Positions 31,069 through 41,982 of a DNA stretch of 64,000 nt are shown here, piece by piece (the first letter of the stretch is position 1; every line of letters begins with the position of its first letter). The stretch lies in the NCBI GenBank assembly GCA_000004985.1, contig GG738893.1. One strand, written 5' to 3'. Below the pieces are notes generated by a model. That model ran no database searches, was not told where the DNA came from, and was given only the letters and a program-made list of their open reading frames with translations. Source of the stretch: Naegleria gruberi. Lineage: Eukaryota. Both the position numbers and the translations under genes were made by a program.

Positions 31069-32424
31069 ATGTTCTCAAATAGGGGATTAGCCATCACGTT
31101 TTCTGTAGTTGTTTTAGTTGTTGTGATAATTTCCTTCTTGTTCATATTGAGAGGAGACAATAGCCAAACAAATAATATTCGAAAGGAATCGGTAGTTTCG
31201 GTTTTCATACCACATTCGCGAGGAATTAAATATAATTTACAAGATTATGGTGATTATATGAAGACATCACAGAAACAAATATTGGAAATTGCCCAAGAAA
31301 TTAGAAAGAATGAAATTAAACTTCCGGAAACAGTACTTGTTTCACAGTTAATTGTTGGAATTTCGGCAAGAGATAAAGTTTATTATCTTGATTTGCTGAC
31401 AAGCATTCAAATGAATTTATTGAATCCATCAGTTTCTGAATATCATTTACTTCAAATTGACGAAACTTACAATTCTGAAATCATGTCATTGATGTTTGCT
31501 GATAAGAAGATTAAAATTCATTACATTCGTGAACAGTTGAATAGAGAAATATTTGTGAAATATTGCAATGAGCATTTGAAGGACAAACTCATTGTCTATT
31601 TGAATCAACCTGACATTTATTTTGATCATTCATTGATGCATGCTTCTAAATTAAAGAATGGAGAATTTGTGAAAATTCACAAGAGGATTAGTTTGGCAAA
31701 ACCATACGATTGTGAGGTAAGTTTAGGAACAATTTATAAATATTTATCAAGAGAATTATAGAATGGACAAGGAACTATTCCTGATGGTGCAATTTTCAGA
31801 ACCAGTGCTGATAAACCATTAGAATTGGGAACTGAACCAGATTGGAATGGACAATCAGTTATTTCAATGATTTTCAATGCATTCAGTGTTCATAATTGTG
31901 AAGTGTCAACAGCAATTACTGGATGGTTCTTGCACGATCCAACAAACATTGATAAGAAGGCAGAAAAGGAGGCAGAACTCAGAGAATTGGAACGTAAAAA
32001 ACAGGAAAAGATACGACAAGAAAAGTTGGAAATGGAAAGAAAAATCAAAGAAGCAGAGGAAAAGAAGAAGAAAATGGAAGAGGAGAGAAAACTCAAAGAG
32101 GAGCAAGCAAAGAAGCAAAAGGAAGAGGAAGAGAAAAAGAAAAAAGAAGAAGAAGAAAAGAAGAAAAAGGAAGAAGAGGAGAAGAAGAAAAAAGAGGAGG
32201 AAGAAAAGAAGAAACTTGAGGAAGAGAAGAAACTCAAAGAGGAGCAATTAAAAAAAGAAGAAGAAGAGAAGAAACAAAAGGAAGAACAAGAACGAAAGCA
32301 AAATGAAGAGAAGAAACTCAAAGAGGAAACTGAAAACAAGAAACTAGATGAAGAAAATCAATCCAAGTCAACCAACAACTCTTCAATTAGTGCCGCTACC
32401 TCATCCAATCCTAAATCTGCCTAA
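31069..32424 (+). CDS. type II membrane protein, paralog B, with a C-terminal K/E-rich charged tail. Exons 31069..31716 and 31762..32424
   Basis: Signal-anchor is AITFSVVVLVVVIISFLFIL. Shared motifs: LTSIQMNLLNPSVSEYHLLQIDETYNSE, KIKIHYIREQL, DKLIVYLNQPDIYFDHSLMHASK. A 45-bp intron (31717..31761, GTAAGT..TATAG) joins ...KPYDCE|NGQGTIPDGAIFRTSADKPLELGTEPDWNGQ.... The tail is about 120 residues of (E/K)n repeats (EEKKKKEEEEKKKKEEEE...). Confidence 0.6.
31975..32345 (+). repeat. coding GAA/AAG (Glu/Lys) low-complexity repeat within paralog B
   Basis: gaagaggaagagaaaaagaaaaaagaagaagaagaaaag... repeated. It generates spurious ORFs in other frames and on the opposite strand. Confidence 0.8.
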
Positions 32425-32871
32425 ATATAACAAATTACTAGGTCAATAAATTCTTATTCCAATCGACTTTTTTAAATAGATGAACAGTCACCAACAACTG
32501 AGTGGAATACAAAGAAAGAAAGACGTTTCTGTTAAATATACCTTTTCTGGTGTGGAATGTTCTATCCACTAATCTGTCATCTTAAGGTTCTAATAAGGAA
32601 AGAATGTAAAACAAACGCGCCAAATTCACCGTTGTGTTTTGTTATTAATACATGCACTTATTTGTTCTTGACGAATTCAGAATCAAACTCTTACTTTTGA
32701 TTCCTCCAAAATAACCAAGAAGAAAAAAGATTAAACACACATCTTCTGGATATTTGCTTTTTTCCTTCTTTCTCTCTTTACAACAACAAACACACCAAAT
32801 TTGCAACTTGTCAAGGAAGAAACCCAGACCTGACCCAATTCTTCAACACATTTCTAGCTGCAACAACCCAT

Positions 32872-35800
32872 TTGTTTGAAATTTCATATTTGGGTTATTC
32901 TTCAAAGAAAATGCAAAGAATTACCATCTCAATGTTTGATGACCATAATAATAATAATAATTCTACTAATTACCAACAAGGAGAAGGGAATTCAACATCC
33001 TTAACTTCACCTCTCACTCTTCAACAATATGCTTCACCCAATCAAAATTTAATCACTCCTCTCACACCAAATACTGAATTGTTGAATAATGTAATCGAAT
33101 CTTTAAGGCAGGTTAAAATAGATGGACAACAATACTTGGATACATCAAATTATACAGATAATAGTAATGATGTTAATATATTTGGAGGTGTTTCATCATC
33201 AGCCATGAATTGGAATCATTTACTGTCGAACAACATGTATCAGCAACATCAGCAAGTTGAGCATGCCCATATGATTCAGACAGAAGAATCAAACAATTTT
33301 CATAATGGCAATACATGTAATTCCTCTTCATCATTCAGTAACAATGTAAATAATATCATCAAGGAAAGCAACACTAGTAGTGATGAAGCAAGCAACTTGT
33401 TCTCACTCTTTGATGCACATAGAAAGATTCTTCTATTTGATAATTTGATTGAGGGCGAGCTCATTCGGATGACTGACCGATCCGCTTCAATGAATCTGGA
33501 CAATAACGCCTTAATAGATTTAAGCGAAGATCGAATGAGAAATAGGAACTCCCAAAATCAAACCTCAGAAACCTCAATTCAGCAAATTTCCTTAGATTGT
33601 GACAATGCTTGTCAATCTCAAATTTCTGATATTTTCAATGTTTCACAAGCTCTTCAGAATATAACTAGCTTATCACCCTCAGATCAAAACCAATTATCAA
33701 GATTGATATGGACTGCTTTGATGAATAATTCTAATAATTCACTTACTGATGATTCATCAAAATCTTCATCATTCAATTCAATAGAAAATAATTCGGAATT
33801 GGGGAATAGTGGAGCATACAGAATGTTTGAATCATTTGAGGATGTGCAAATGCAATTTTCACAACATGTGGAAGCCCTAACTTTGCATCAAATGGTGGAT
33901 GAAGATAATTCCCCAACAACAAAATCCAAGTATAGTTCTCAGCCAGTACTAAATTCTAATGGCAGATACTCAATTGACAATTTGAGTAATTCAATGATAA
34001 TGCAAAATGGAAATTCCTCCTCAGTCATTCCTCATTACTCAGATAGTGTGGACATAACAACATTTCTTAATAATCAATTTTCTTCTTTACAAAATCAGAG
34101 TTTGGAATCATCTCAAAGCTCTACAATAATCAGAGGTAATACTGGTATCAGTCCAACATCACCTCAATCTCATTATTCAACACCAATGCAGCAACTTTCA
34201 GACTCTATGACTGAGTCCACACAACAACAATTCATTATCTCTCCGAAAGGCAACTTGAATAGAATATTCAATAATCCGCAACAGGCAACCACACCAAACT
34301 CAGTATTTGATGTTTCTATTAATACTCAACCCAAACAATCAACATTATCATCTCCTCGAAGAATTTCCTCATGTTCTTCATCGATGATATCCAGCAGCCA
34401 CTCACATACTTCCTCTACGAGATCCACTCCAACAACCATCTCGGAACAAACCCTCATTCAATCTACACCAATATTAACACCATCTGATACAAATCCAGGC
34501 CAAGATGAATGTATCCAACCACCACTCCTTCTTCCCAAAACTTCAACCCAAACCTGTTGTGGTGTTGGCAACAACATAAATTTCTCCCTTCCTGGTGATA
34601 GCGAAAGTGCGGCGGTGGTTAAACAATTTGGCAAGAATAATCAGTCAAAAAAATATTCAAACAACAATTTTAGTGAAACTACATTGCCACATACGAGTTG
34701 TGTTGTTAATAACGTTGTTGGTCAGCAGCATTTCATCACCACCACCACTACTAGCACCACTGAAAATCATAGTAGTCATCATAGTAACCCACTTGAGGCA
34801 TCATCTGTTTTAAATATTCAGAAAAGCCTTTCATTACAACAATCTTTAGATAGTAGTAATAGTCCTCGAGTTGTTGTACCATCACCAACATCAGGTAATT
34901 TTCACAACAGCAATCCTCCAACTTTGCTTTGCATCACATCAAAACCAACGGAAAGTAATTTGGACATTATCACCCAACAAACCCTTAACAATATCTCAAC
35001 CGATTATACAATGTCTTCACATTCTCCAATATCATCCTCTAACTCTAATGAACAAAATGGCCAAAACAAACAATATCAAGGGGTTATGCCATTAGAAGGA
35101 AATCAATCGACTTGGGGAGTTAAAGTAAATAGAAAATATAGACAATTAAGAAAATCTTTAAAGACATGCAAACATTTTGAGGATAATTATTTTGTTCTTG
35201 AATTAAACGGGCAAGGTAATAATCCTGGAAATCCATCAGCTGGACAACAACCACCAAAACCAAAAAAGCCAAAGGCTAAAGCTCAACCACATGCTAATCA
35301 TGATGATAAAAAACCATCCATACCGATTCCTTACAAGGAACAAGTTAATTTGATGGGAGAATTTAGTGTAGCTAAAAGTATAGATGATGAGGTTCTTCCT
35401 CTATCAGTTTTAAATAGATCCGAAGAGAGTGATTTATATCTCACAACTCCTAACAGTACAAGTTCAGCATCTTCAAGGTCTAGCTCGGCTAAGGATATGA
35501 CTAAAAAGAAGAGAAAGAATACCTCTCAAGAACCAACGAGAAAGAATAGAAAAAAGGATTCAGAACAAGAAATGTCACTTGGTGGATTAGATTCTACCTA
35601 TAATCATGATATTTTACCTAGTATCAATATGACACTTAATCTTGCTCCAATGCAAACAATACCTTCATTAGATAATTCAGAAATTATGAATTTTAATAAG
35701 GTTACCCCTGATATAATGTCCTATCAACCAAATAATAATATTCATCATCACCAACAACAAATTCCTTCCCTAATTTCACCACACAAACCTCTAGACTACC

Positions 35801-36663
35801 AACCAATAACTCCAAATTTAATTAATTATGAAAATACCACCTCATCAAGCCCACATATCATCAACTTTGAAAATCAAGCCTCCTCAACAAATCAAATTAA
35901 TAACCAAGCAGAAAATAGAAATCTATTTAGTTCAGGGTTTCCTTCAAACAGCAGCTTTGGATTATTTTCTACAAATGAAGATTTTACAACAATGAAATTA
36001 CCAAGCAATAGTAGTATTGACAGCTTTTTCAAGGCAGATCTGACGGATGAAAAGGCAACAAATATGCCTAGAAATATGTCTTCCAGTTCTGACTTTTTAC
36101 CTTTGGAAGAAACCATCGTTCATCACCTTCCTATTACAAATTCAAATATGAATAATCACCATCCAATTCACCCTATTACTGCCACACAGACTCAAATAGT
36201 CCCACCAAAAATCGATATTAAACCACCCAAAAAAGAAGTTGAAAAGAATCATCTCACTAGATGTATGAGTCATGCAAGTTTGTCAATGTTAGATGAAGAA
36301 GAGGAGGAAGAACCTGTTCCTGTTGTAAACAATAATATTTCTAATATTCCTTCAATAGCCATTTCCACAAAAGAAATTCACCATTTGGCTCAAGAACCAA
36401 CTATGGAGGATATTAAGAGTAAGAGTCCACTAATAACCCCATTGAATGCTGTTTTATATAAGAATATTTCTGTGAGTAATATGGATTTGGTAAAATTGGA
36501 TGTACCAAGTGCTTGTGTGCTACGACCAATTCCATCAGAATCAATGATAGAGAAAGATCACGCACATTGGATTAATGAAATCAAAACACTGCCTTCGAAT
36601 GATTCTCTGGCAAATATGGCTATAGTTGATTTTGATATTCTTTCTGAAACAAAAAAGCATTAA
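32872..36663 (+). CDS. large (1263 aa) S/T/N/Q-rich, predominantly disordered protein, hypothetical
   Basis: Single long ORF with codon-like periodicity throughout and no stops. Homopolymeric N/S/T/Q/H runs. A C-terminal ~100 aa is more complex (KEIHHLAQEPTMEDIKSKSPLITPLNAVLYKNISVSNMDLVKLDVPSACVLRPIP...). No family recognised. Confidence 0.4.
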   Translation: MFEISYLGYSSKKMQRITISMFDDHNNNNNSTNYQQGEGNSTSLTSPLTLQQYASPNQNLITPLTPNTELLNNVIESLRQVKIDGQQYLDTSNYTDNSNDVNIFGGVSSSAMNWNHLLSNNMYQQHQQVEHAHMIQTEESNNFHNGNTCNSSSSFSNNVNNIIKESNTSSDEASNLFSLFDAHRKILLFDNLIEGELIRMTDRSASMNLDNNALIDLSEDRMRNRNSQNQTSETSIQQISLDCDNACQSQISDIFNVSQALQNITSLSPSDQNQLSRLIWTALMNNSNNSLTDDSSKSSSFNSIENNSELGNSGAYRMFESFEDVQMQFSQHVEALTLHQMVDEDNSPTTKSKYSSQPVLNSNGRYSIDNLSNSMIMQNGNSSSVIPHYSDSVDITTFLNNQFSSLQNQSLESSQSSTIIRGNTGISPTSPQSHYSTPMQQLSDSMTESTQQQFIISPKGNLNRIFNNPQQATTPNSVFDVSINTQPKQSTLSSPRRISSCSSSMISSSHSHTSSTRSTPTTISEQTLIQSTPILTPSDTNPGQDECIQPPLLLPKTSTQTCCGVGNNINFSLPGDSESAAVVKQFGKNNQSKKYSNNNFSETTLPHTSCVVNNVVGQQHFITTTTTSTTENHSSHHSNPLEASSVLNIQKSLSLQQSLDSSNSPRVVVPSPTSGNFHNSNPPTLLCITSKPTESNLDIITQQTLNNISTDYTMSSHSPISSSNSNEQNGQNKQYQGVMPLEGNQSTWGVKVNRKYRQLRKSLKTCKHFEDNYFVLELNGQGNNPGNPSAGQQPPKPKKPKAKAQPHANHDDKKPSIPIPYKEQVNLMGEFSVAKSIDDEVLPLSVLNRSEESDLYLTTPNSTSSASSRSSSAKDMTKKKRKNTSQEPTRKNRKKDSEQEMSLGGLDSTYNHDILPSINMTLNLAPMQTIPSLDNSEIMNFNKVTPDIMSYQPNNNIHHHQQQIPSLISPHKPLDYQPITPNLINYENTTSSSPHIINFENQASSTNQINNQAENRNLFSSGFPSNSSFGLFSTNEDFTTMKLPSNSSIDSFFKADLTDEKATNMPRNMSSSSDFLPLEETIVHHLPITNSNMNNHHPIHPITATQTQIVPPKIDIKPPKKEVEKNHLTRCMSHASLSMLDEEEEEEPVPVVNNNISNIPSIAISTKEIHHLAQEPTMEDIKSKSPLITPLNAVLYKNISVSNMDLVKLDVPSACVLRPIPSESMIEKDHAHWINEIKTLPSNDSLANMAIVDFDILSETKKH

Positions 36664-36675
36664 AAAATATCATAT

Positions 36676-38959
36676 TTATTTCCATTGAGGTTTTGCATAT
36701 TTAGTCTCTGCTTGTTGCTGCTGTCTCAACAAACTCATAGAGTTGGCTATTTTCTTAATATATTCTGGTGATTTGTGAATTACAGGTTTAAAGCTACACT
36801 CTGCCATCTCGCGTTGATCTTTTTCCTTCTCCATTTCTTCCAATTTCTTTTTGGTATTTTGGCTTCTTGTTTCCAATCTTTCTTTATGACTCTGCGGCGA
36901 ATAGTTCAAGATACCTGTACTCCTAGCGATTGAGGGTTTGAAGGTTGTTTCTTGTTTGAGTTTTAGCTCTGCTTCTTCCCTTTGTTGCTTAATTCTGTGG
37001 GCAATCTTTTCTTGATCACCCTTGCAAAGTTGATCAATTGTTTTACTCGGTTTAGATTTTGCCCTTTCAGTAATGAAGGGCTTAAATGAAAATTGTTCTT
37101 CTTCCTTTTCGTTCTGTAATTTGGTGTGATTAAAAAAAATTGAAGAATAAACTTACAATCTTCTTCCTATGCTTCAGAATTTCATTCCTCTTCTCTTGAT
37201 CCAAACCATGAAATATTTCCATACTCTTATTATTCAAAGCTGGTTTGTAGGAAAACTCTGTCTGTCTAATGAAATCAATCTTTTCCTCCTTCTTTGATAA
37301 TGTTTGATTTTGTCTTTTTAAAAACTCTTCAAAATTTCCTGTTGGTCTATATTTTCCAGCAGATTTAGGCCTAGATTCCTTATTTTGATTTTTCCTTTTG
37401 ATAACTGTATCATCAGACGCTAAACGCCTGCTGAGTCTTAAAAACGGATCTTCTGATAAGTACTTAATACTCGATTGATGTGAAACTTTTGGATCTAAGG
37501 TATTAGGTTTGAAAGTATAATCAATAGATTCATCTTTCTTTTTCTCGATTGGTTTCTTAGGTTCTAAATACTTAGGTTGAGCATTTGAGCTCTTAATTTT
37601 TGGTTTAAATGTACACGTTTTTCTAAATTCATCTTCACTTAGTTTGTATCTATTCTCATCGATTTTGTCCATCACTCTGAATGAATCAACATAAAGCCTA
37701 TCATACACTCCAACTTCTTCATCAAGTTTTCGAAGTGAGATTGGATTAATTTCTGGTTTAAATGAGCAGTCTTTCTTTAGCGAGTCTTGCAGCGCCTTCT
37801 CCATTGTTTTTTTATCTTGTTCTACCTTTTCCTTCCATCTACTCGCTCTTTCAACAAAAGATTCTGTCTCTATTATTGCACTATTATATTTGCTAATGTT
37901 TGGATGAAAAGTACATTCAGCCATTTTCTTTGAATCATCTTCTAGAGATTTGTCCAAATTTCTCTTTCGTTTGTCGAGAGAAAAGCTGAACGGCACTGGT
38001 TTTGTTAGTGTCTTCTTTTCCAATTGTTTTGTCGGTGATGATTTCATTGGAGAGGTATATTGGTTCAATAAATTAATGGATGACTCAGATTTGAAATTTG
38101 TTGATCTCTGATTGTTATATTGTGGAGATGAATAGGAATCAATTTTCTTTTCAGGGCTATTTCCTTGCAACAGTTTGCTTATCATTGAATCTATTTGTTT
38201 CAGTTGTTCACTTGTTTCTGCTATTGAAGAAACATTGGAAAGATGGCTAACATTATGTGAAGGCGATTTCGGAATAATCTGAACTTTCCCACTCTTTTTC
38301 AAGCCATCATCACTGCCATAACTTAAATTAAGCATACTCTTCCCAACTCTACTATTTTCAGGAGATTTTTCTTTTGATTTTGTTTGAGAATTAGACTCTG
38401 TGAAGGAGCAATATTGTTCAATAAATTTAGCAATTTCACTCCTTTCCTCATCTTCAACATATGAAGCTGCATCAGATACAAAATTTCCATCAGACTGTTC
38501 AATAACTCCCAATGCTTCTAACATTGATTCCCTTTCCTTATCATTATTATCAATCATGTCCAAGAAGTGATGATAATGAACATGTTTTTCTTTCGGGCTC
38601 TTTTGTTTACTTTGATCCTCAGCTGTAATGATATTCCACATTGGTTGGTTATTTTCATCCGGTTCTTCATCATCCTCATGGAATGAACGCTTTTCCATTC
38701 CATCATCTTCCTCATTACTCATTCCATCATCCTCAGAAAGCGATAAATCATCAATACTCTGATGTAAATCAAAATCAAACTTTTCTCCTACTCTGGAAAA
38801 TAAGGCTTTTTGTTTCTGAAATTCCTCATCTACATCGTCAATATTTCTTCCCTTATATAAAAATTGATATTTCTGGAGAGGAGTTTGTTCCAAAGATGAT
38901 GATGAAGTATTTCGCTGCTTCTGCTCGACAGTATCAAACAGAGCGCCATTTCTACTCAT
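36676..38959 (-). CDS. acidic/basic repeat protein carrying about 9 copies of a C-x-F-(K/H)-P-x-I motif. Exons 37157..38959 and 36676..37113
   Basis: Motifs: ECTFHPNIS, DCSFKPEIN, TCTFKPKIK, DYTFKPNTL, EFSYKPALN, then after a 43-bp GTAAGT..TTACAG intron (37114..37156) QFSFKPFIT, TTFKPSIA, ECSFKPVIH. The frame is continuous across the splice (...HRKKI|NEKEEEQFSFKPF...). Confidence 0.55.
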
Positions 38960-39195
38960 TTTATTTTGATGATGATTTAAGCGAAGCTCACTGTAGCCTT
39001 TTTATTGTATGTTTTCAAAGTCTGTTTGAAATTATCATAAATTGTATGAGTTTTAAAAATTGCCGCCAAAATTTCTAAAGAATCAATAAGTACAAATGGA
39101 GGGAAAAGTTACTTATTGATTATTTCTGATTCAACTAATGATAACAAATAGTGTTGCTCTCTCCTTATTAATTGAGTAATCATCATGTGATTCAT

Positions 39196-40697
39196 CTATT
39201 TTTTCGAAGATGGTTGTTTAGAATTTCTTCTAATCATTTCAACTGTGGTGGCAACATTTTGTTCAGTTTGTTGAAGGGCACCAGCTTTGTTTTCATTTCT
39301 ATTCTTCAATTGTCCACATGCACCAAGAATATCTTGTCCTTTGCTGTGTCTTACCGGTGCTGAGATTCCATTCTTGTAGAGGTATTTGGAAAATTCTTCA
39401 ATTCTTTCATCTGATGAGCATTCAAATCCACTTCCTTCCCATTCATTAAATGCAATCAAATTGACTGAACATGGAATGTCTTTAACCAATTTTACAAGAC
39501 GTTTGGCATCGTCAATAAAGTCATTCACATGATTCAACATGACATATTCGAAAGTGATATGTCTATTATTGTTTTTGAAGCATTGCTCTCTAAGGGTTTC
39601 AAATAAAACCTCCAGAGGGAAAATCTTATTAATTGGCACAATGTTATCTCTCAATTCATTGGTTGTGGCGTGAAGACTGATTGCTAAATTCACTCCCAAA
39701 TCATTGACAACATCTGGAATCAAGTTACATACTCCAGAAGTACTCACAATGATTTTTCTCTTTGAAATTCCACATCCATCACTCAAAATTTCAATGGCCT
39801 TTTTAACATTTTTGTAATTACTGCAATTAAAGGATTATGGTAAATTATTTAAATAATGAAATCAAAAACCTACTAGAGTGGTTCTCCTTCTCCCATAAAT
39901 ACAATATTATTAACAAATGATTTTTCAATAGAGGCTCTCTTTCTTTCTTCCTCTGTCATGTATATTGGAAAGTCCATCAATCTATGTTTAACTGAAACTA
40001 ATTGGCTTACAATTTCTGAAGCCAATAAATTTCTCTCAATAGGAGCTGTTCCAGTTCTGCAAAACTTACAATTCAATGAACATCCAACCTGACTACTCAA
40101 ACACACAGTTCCTCTTCCAAAACTATCACTAGCTTTTGGTGGATGGTAAATATATACTGCCTCAACTTTGTTAAATTGTTTTTGTTCTTTGAGAGTTGGT
40201 TTCTTCATTGGTGAAATTGCAACATCAGCATCAGAAATATTCTGTTGATTACCACATGATGACGATGCTGATGAAGTGGTGGAAACAATTGTACTATCAA
40301 CACTATTATCTGCAACAGGTGGCACATATTTTGGATTTTGAAAAGCAAATAAAAACTTTCTCGTGTGTTTATCCTTCTTGGATTTAATTTCTTCCTCAAT
40401 ATTTCCCAAAATATCAATAGAGTATAGTTCCGATAATGATTGACGATCGGATTTGGTCAAGACTGTAATATCATCAAATTTTCTGGCTCCAAACTTGTAT
40501 ATGAATTTATAAATTTCATTCAATCGGAATGATGATGCAACATGTGGATGAGTCTTTTCCAATATTTCCTTCATTTCTGTCTTGTTTAATCCCATCAGGG
40601 ATTTTCTAACAATTTGTGTTGAATAGAATCTGTGTTGAAAGTTTCCATTGATGACAATTTGTCGAGCACATAAATTTCCTAAAATCAATTTTTGCAT
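39196..40697 (-). CDS. rlmN-like: radical-SAM rRNA/tRNA adenine-C2 methyltransferase, RlmN/Cfr family, with an N-terminal presequence-like extension. Exons 39874..40697 and 39196..39820
   Basis: Full-length colinear match to bacterial RlmN. Ours: RGTVCLSSQVGCSLNCKFCRTGT (compare CVSSQVGCALECKFCSTAQ; CxxxCxxC radical-SAM cluster). Ours: FMGEGEPL|YNYKNVKKAIEILSDGCGISKRKIIVSTSGV (compare [41 protein letters not shown]). Ours: LAISLHATTNELRDNIVPINK (compare [21 protein letters not shown]). Ours: NLIAFNEWEGSGFE and GQDILGACGQL (compare DDIDAACGQL). The 53-bp intron 39821..39873 (GTAGGT...TTGCAG) sits exactly between GEGEPL and YNYKN. The N-terminal ~35 aa (MQKLILGNLCARQIVINGNFQHRFYSTQIVRKS) is basic and hydroxylated like a mitochondrial presequence. 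Confidence 0.85.
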
Positions 40698-41082
40698 TTT
40701 TTTTCAATCAAATTAAATTTTGAATTTTTTAATAAATTGGAATGAATAATGCTCTTTCCTAATAAATTCCATTCTGAAGAGTTGTGCTGAAATATGAAAT
40801 ACTATTCATTGTTAAATAACAACATTCTCAAACCAAACAAACCAATCATTGTTCTATCAATTAAAGAGCTAGACCATTCTTCTTCTTTCTAATAAATTCC
40901 TCAAATACAAATAGTTATCTTTGTAGTTTACTAACTACATCATCCTTTCCCTGTTACACACAGTCACTGAACTTTGCGTGATAGAGTGGTCGTGTCACTA
41001 AATTTGTTCTCAATCACTATCGAAACTCCACTTAACTCGTTACCCTGTCAGTTTAACTGCACTTCTATCACATACAAAAAAA

Positions 41083-41982
41083 ATGATGAAAAACCTCTCA
41101 TCCAAAATTATAGCAAGTTTGCTCTTGTTGAGTTTGGTTGTTCTCTTTACATTTGTTTCATCAACAAATGCCAAGAAGAGCGAATCATCCTTGTCAACTC
41201 AACTCGCCTCTGCTTTTAAACTTGAAAAGAAGCAAAGAAAGAAGACAAGAACATCAAAGAGAAGACCAGTTAGTAAACGTCTTTTGAAGAAGAGACGTCA
41301 ACTCTGTCGTAGAATTAGACTTGTCAAGAAGCAAATTAAAAAACTCACATTCAAGATTGCTAAAGCCTCTGATAGAGCCATGACCAAGATTGTTAGAAAG
41401 ATCAAGGTTAGAAAACTCTTGCTCCGTGCTTTGAGAAGAAAGCTCAGATCACTCAAGAGAAAGATTCAAAGAAAGCAAAGAAAGGTCAAGAAATCTCAAA
41501 AGAAGAATCGTCGTTTGACTTCTACCTTGAGAAAGCTCAAGAGAAAGGTCCTTAGATTGGCCAGAAAGCAACAACAAAAGAGAAGATCACCAAGAAGAAG
41601 ACCAAGAATTATCATCCTTGCATTCAATCGTGCTCAATTCTTCAACAAATTGGTGAGAAATAGCAAACATCGTTTCTATGGAAAGAGAGGATTCAGAAAG
41701 TATGCTCGTTTGTTGAGTTTACTCAAATTGGTCAGAGCTAAGAAGGCTGCTTTGACAAAGAAGAGAAACTTCTACGCAAAGAAGGAAAAGAGAATTGTCT
41801 CCTTGTTGAGAAAATTAAAACAAAGATGGTCTGTTGGAAGAAGTAGAAGATCATCAAAGAGAACCAAGATTACAAGAATTGTCTTGAGAAATGTTGACTC
41901 AAAGAAGAAGGTTAAACTCGTCATTCCAAAGAGATTGAAGAAGAAGGTTAAGAAGATTGTTGTTTATAGTGTTAAACAATAA
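41083..41982 (+). CDS. secreted polybasic protein (signal peptide plus ~270 aa that is ~45% Lys+Arg)
   Basis: Signal peptide MMKNLSSKIIASLLLLSLVVLFTFVSSTNA | KKSESS.... The mature part is nearly uniform K/R-rich alpha-helical-looking text (KRLLKKRRQLCRRIRLVKKQIKKLTFKIAKA...RKLKRKVLRLARKQQQKRRSPRRRPR...). Confidence 0.6.
   Translation: MMKNLSSKIIASLLLLSLVVLFTFVSSTNAKKSESSLSTQLASAFKLEKKQRKKTRTSKRRPVSKRLLKKRRQLCRRIRLVKKQIKKLTFKIAKASDRAMTKIVRKIKVRKLLLRALRRKLRSLKRKIQRKQRKVKKSQKKNRRLTSTLRKLKRKVLRLARKQQQKRRSPRRRPRIIILAFNRAQFFNKLVRNSKHRFYGKRGFRKYARLLSLLKLVRAKKAALTKKRNFYAKKEKRIVSLLRKLKQRWSVGRSRRSSKRTKITRIVLRNVDSKKKVKLVIPKRLKKKVKKIVVYSVKQ

Noticed and set aside
31877-32339. ORFs 31877..32251 (+), 31890..32339 (-), 31906..32247 (-) rich in K/R or F/S/L
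   Set aside because: They are alternative-frame and antisense translations of the GAA/AAG coding repeat in the tail of gene 31069..32424.
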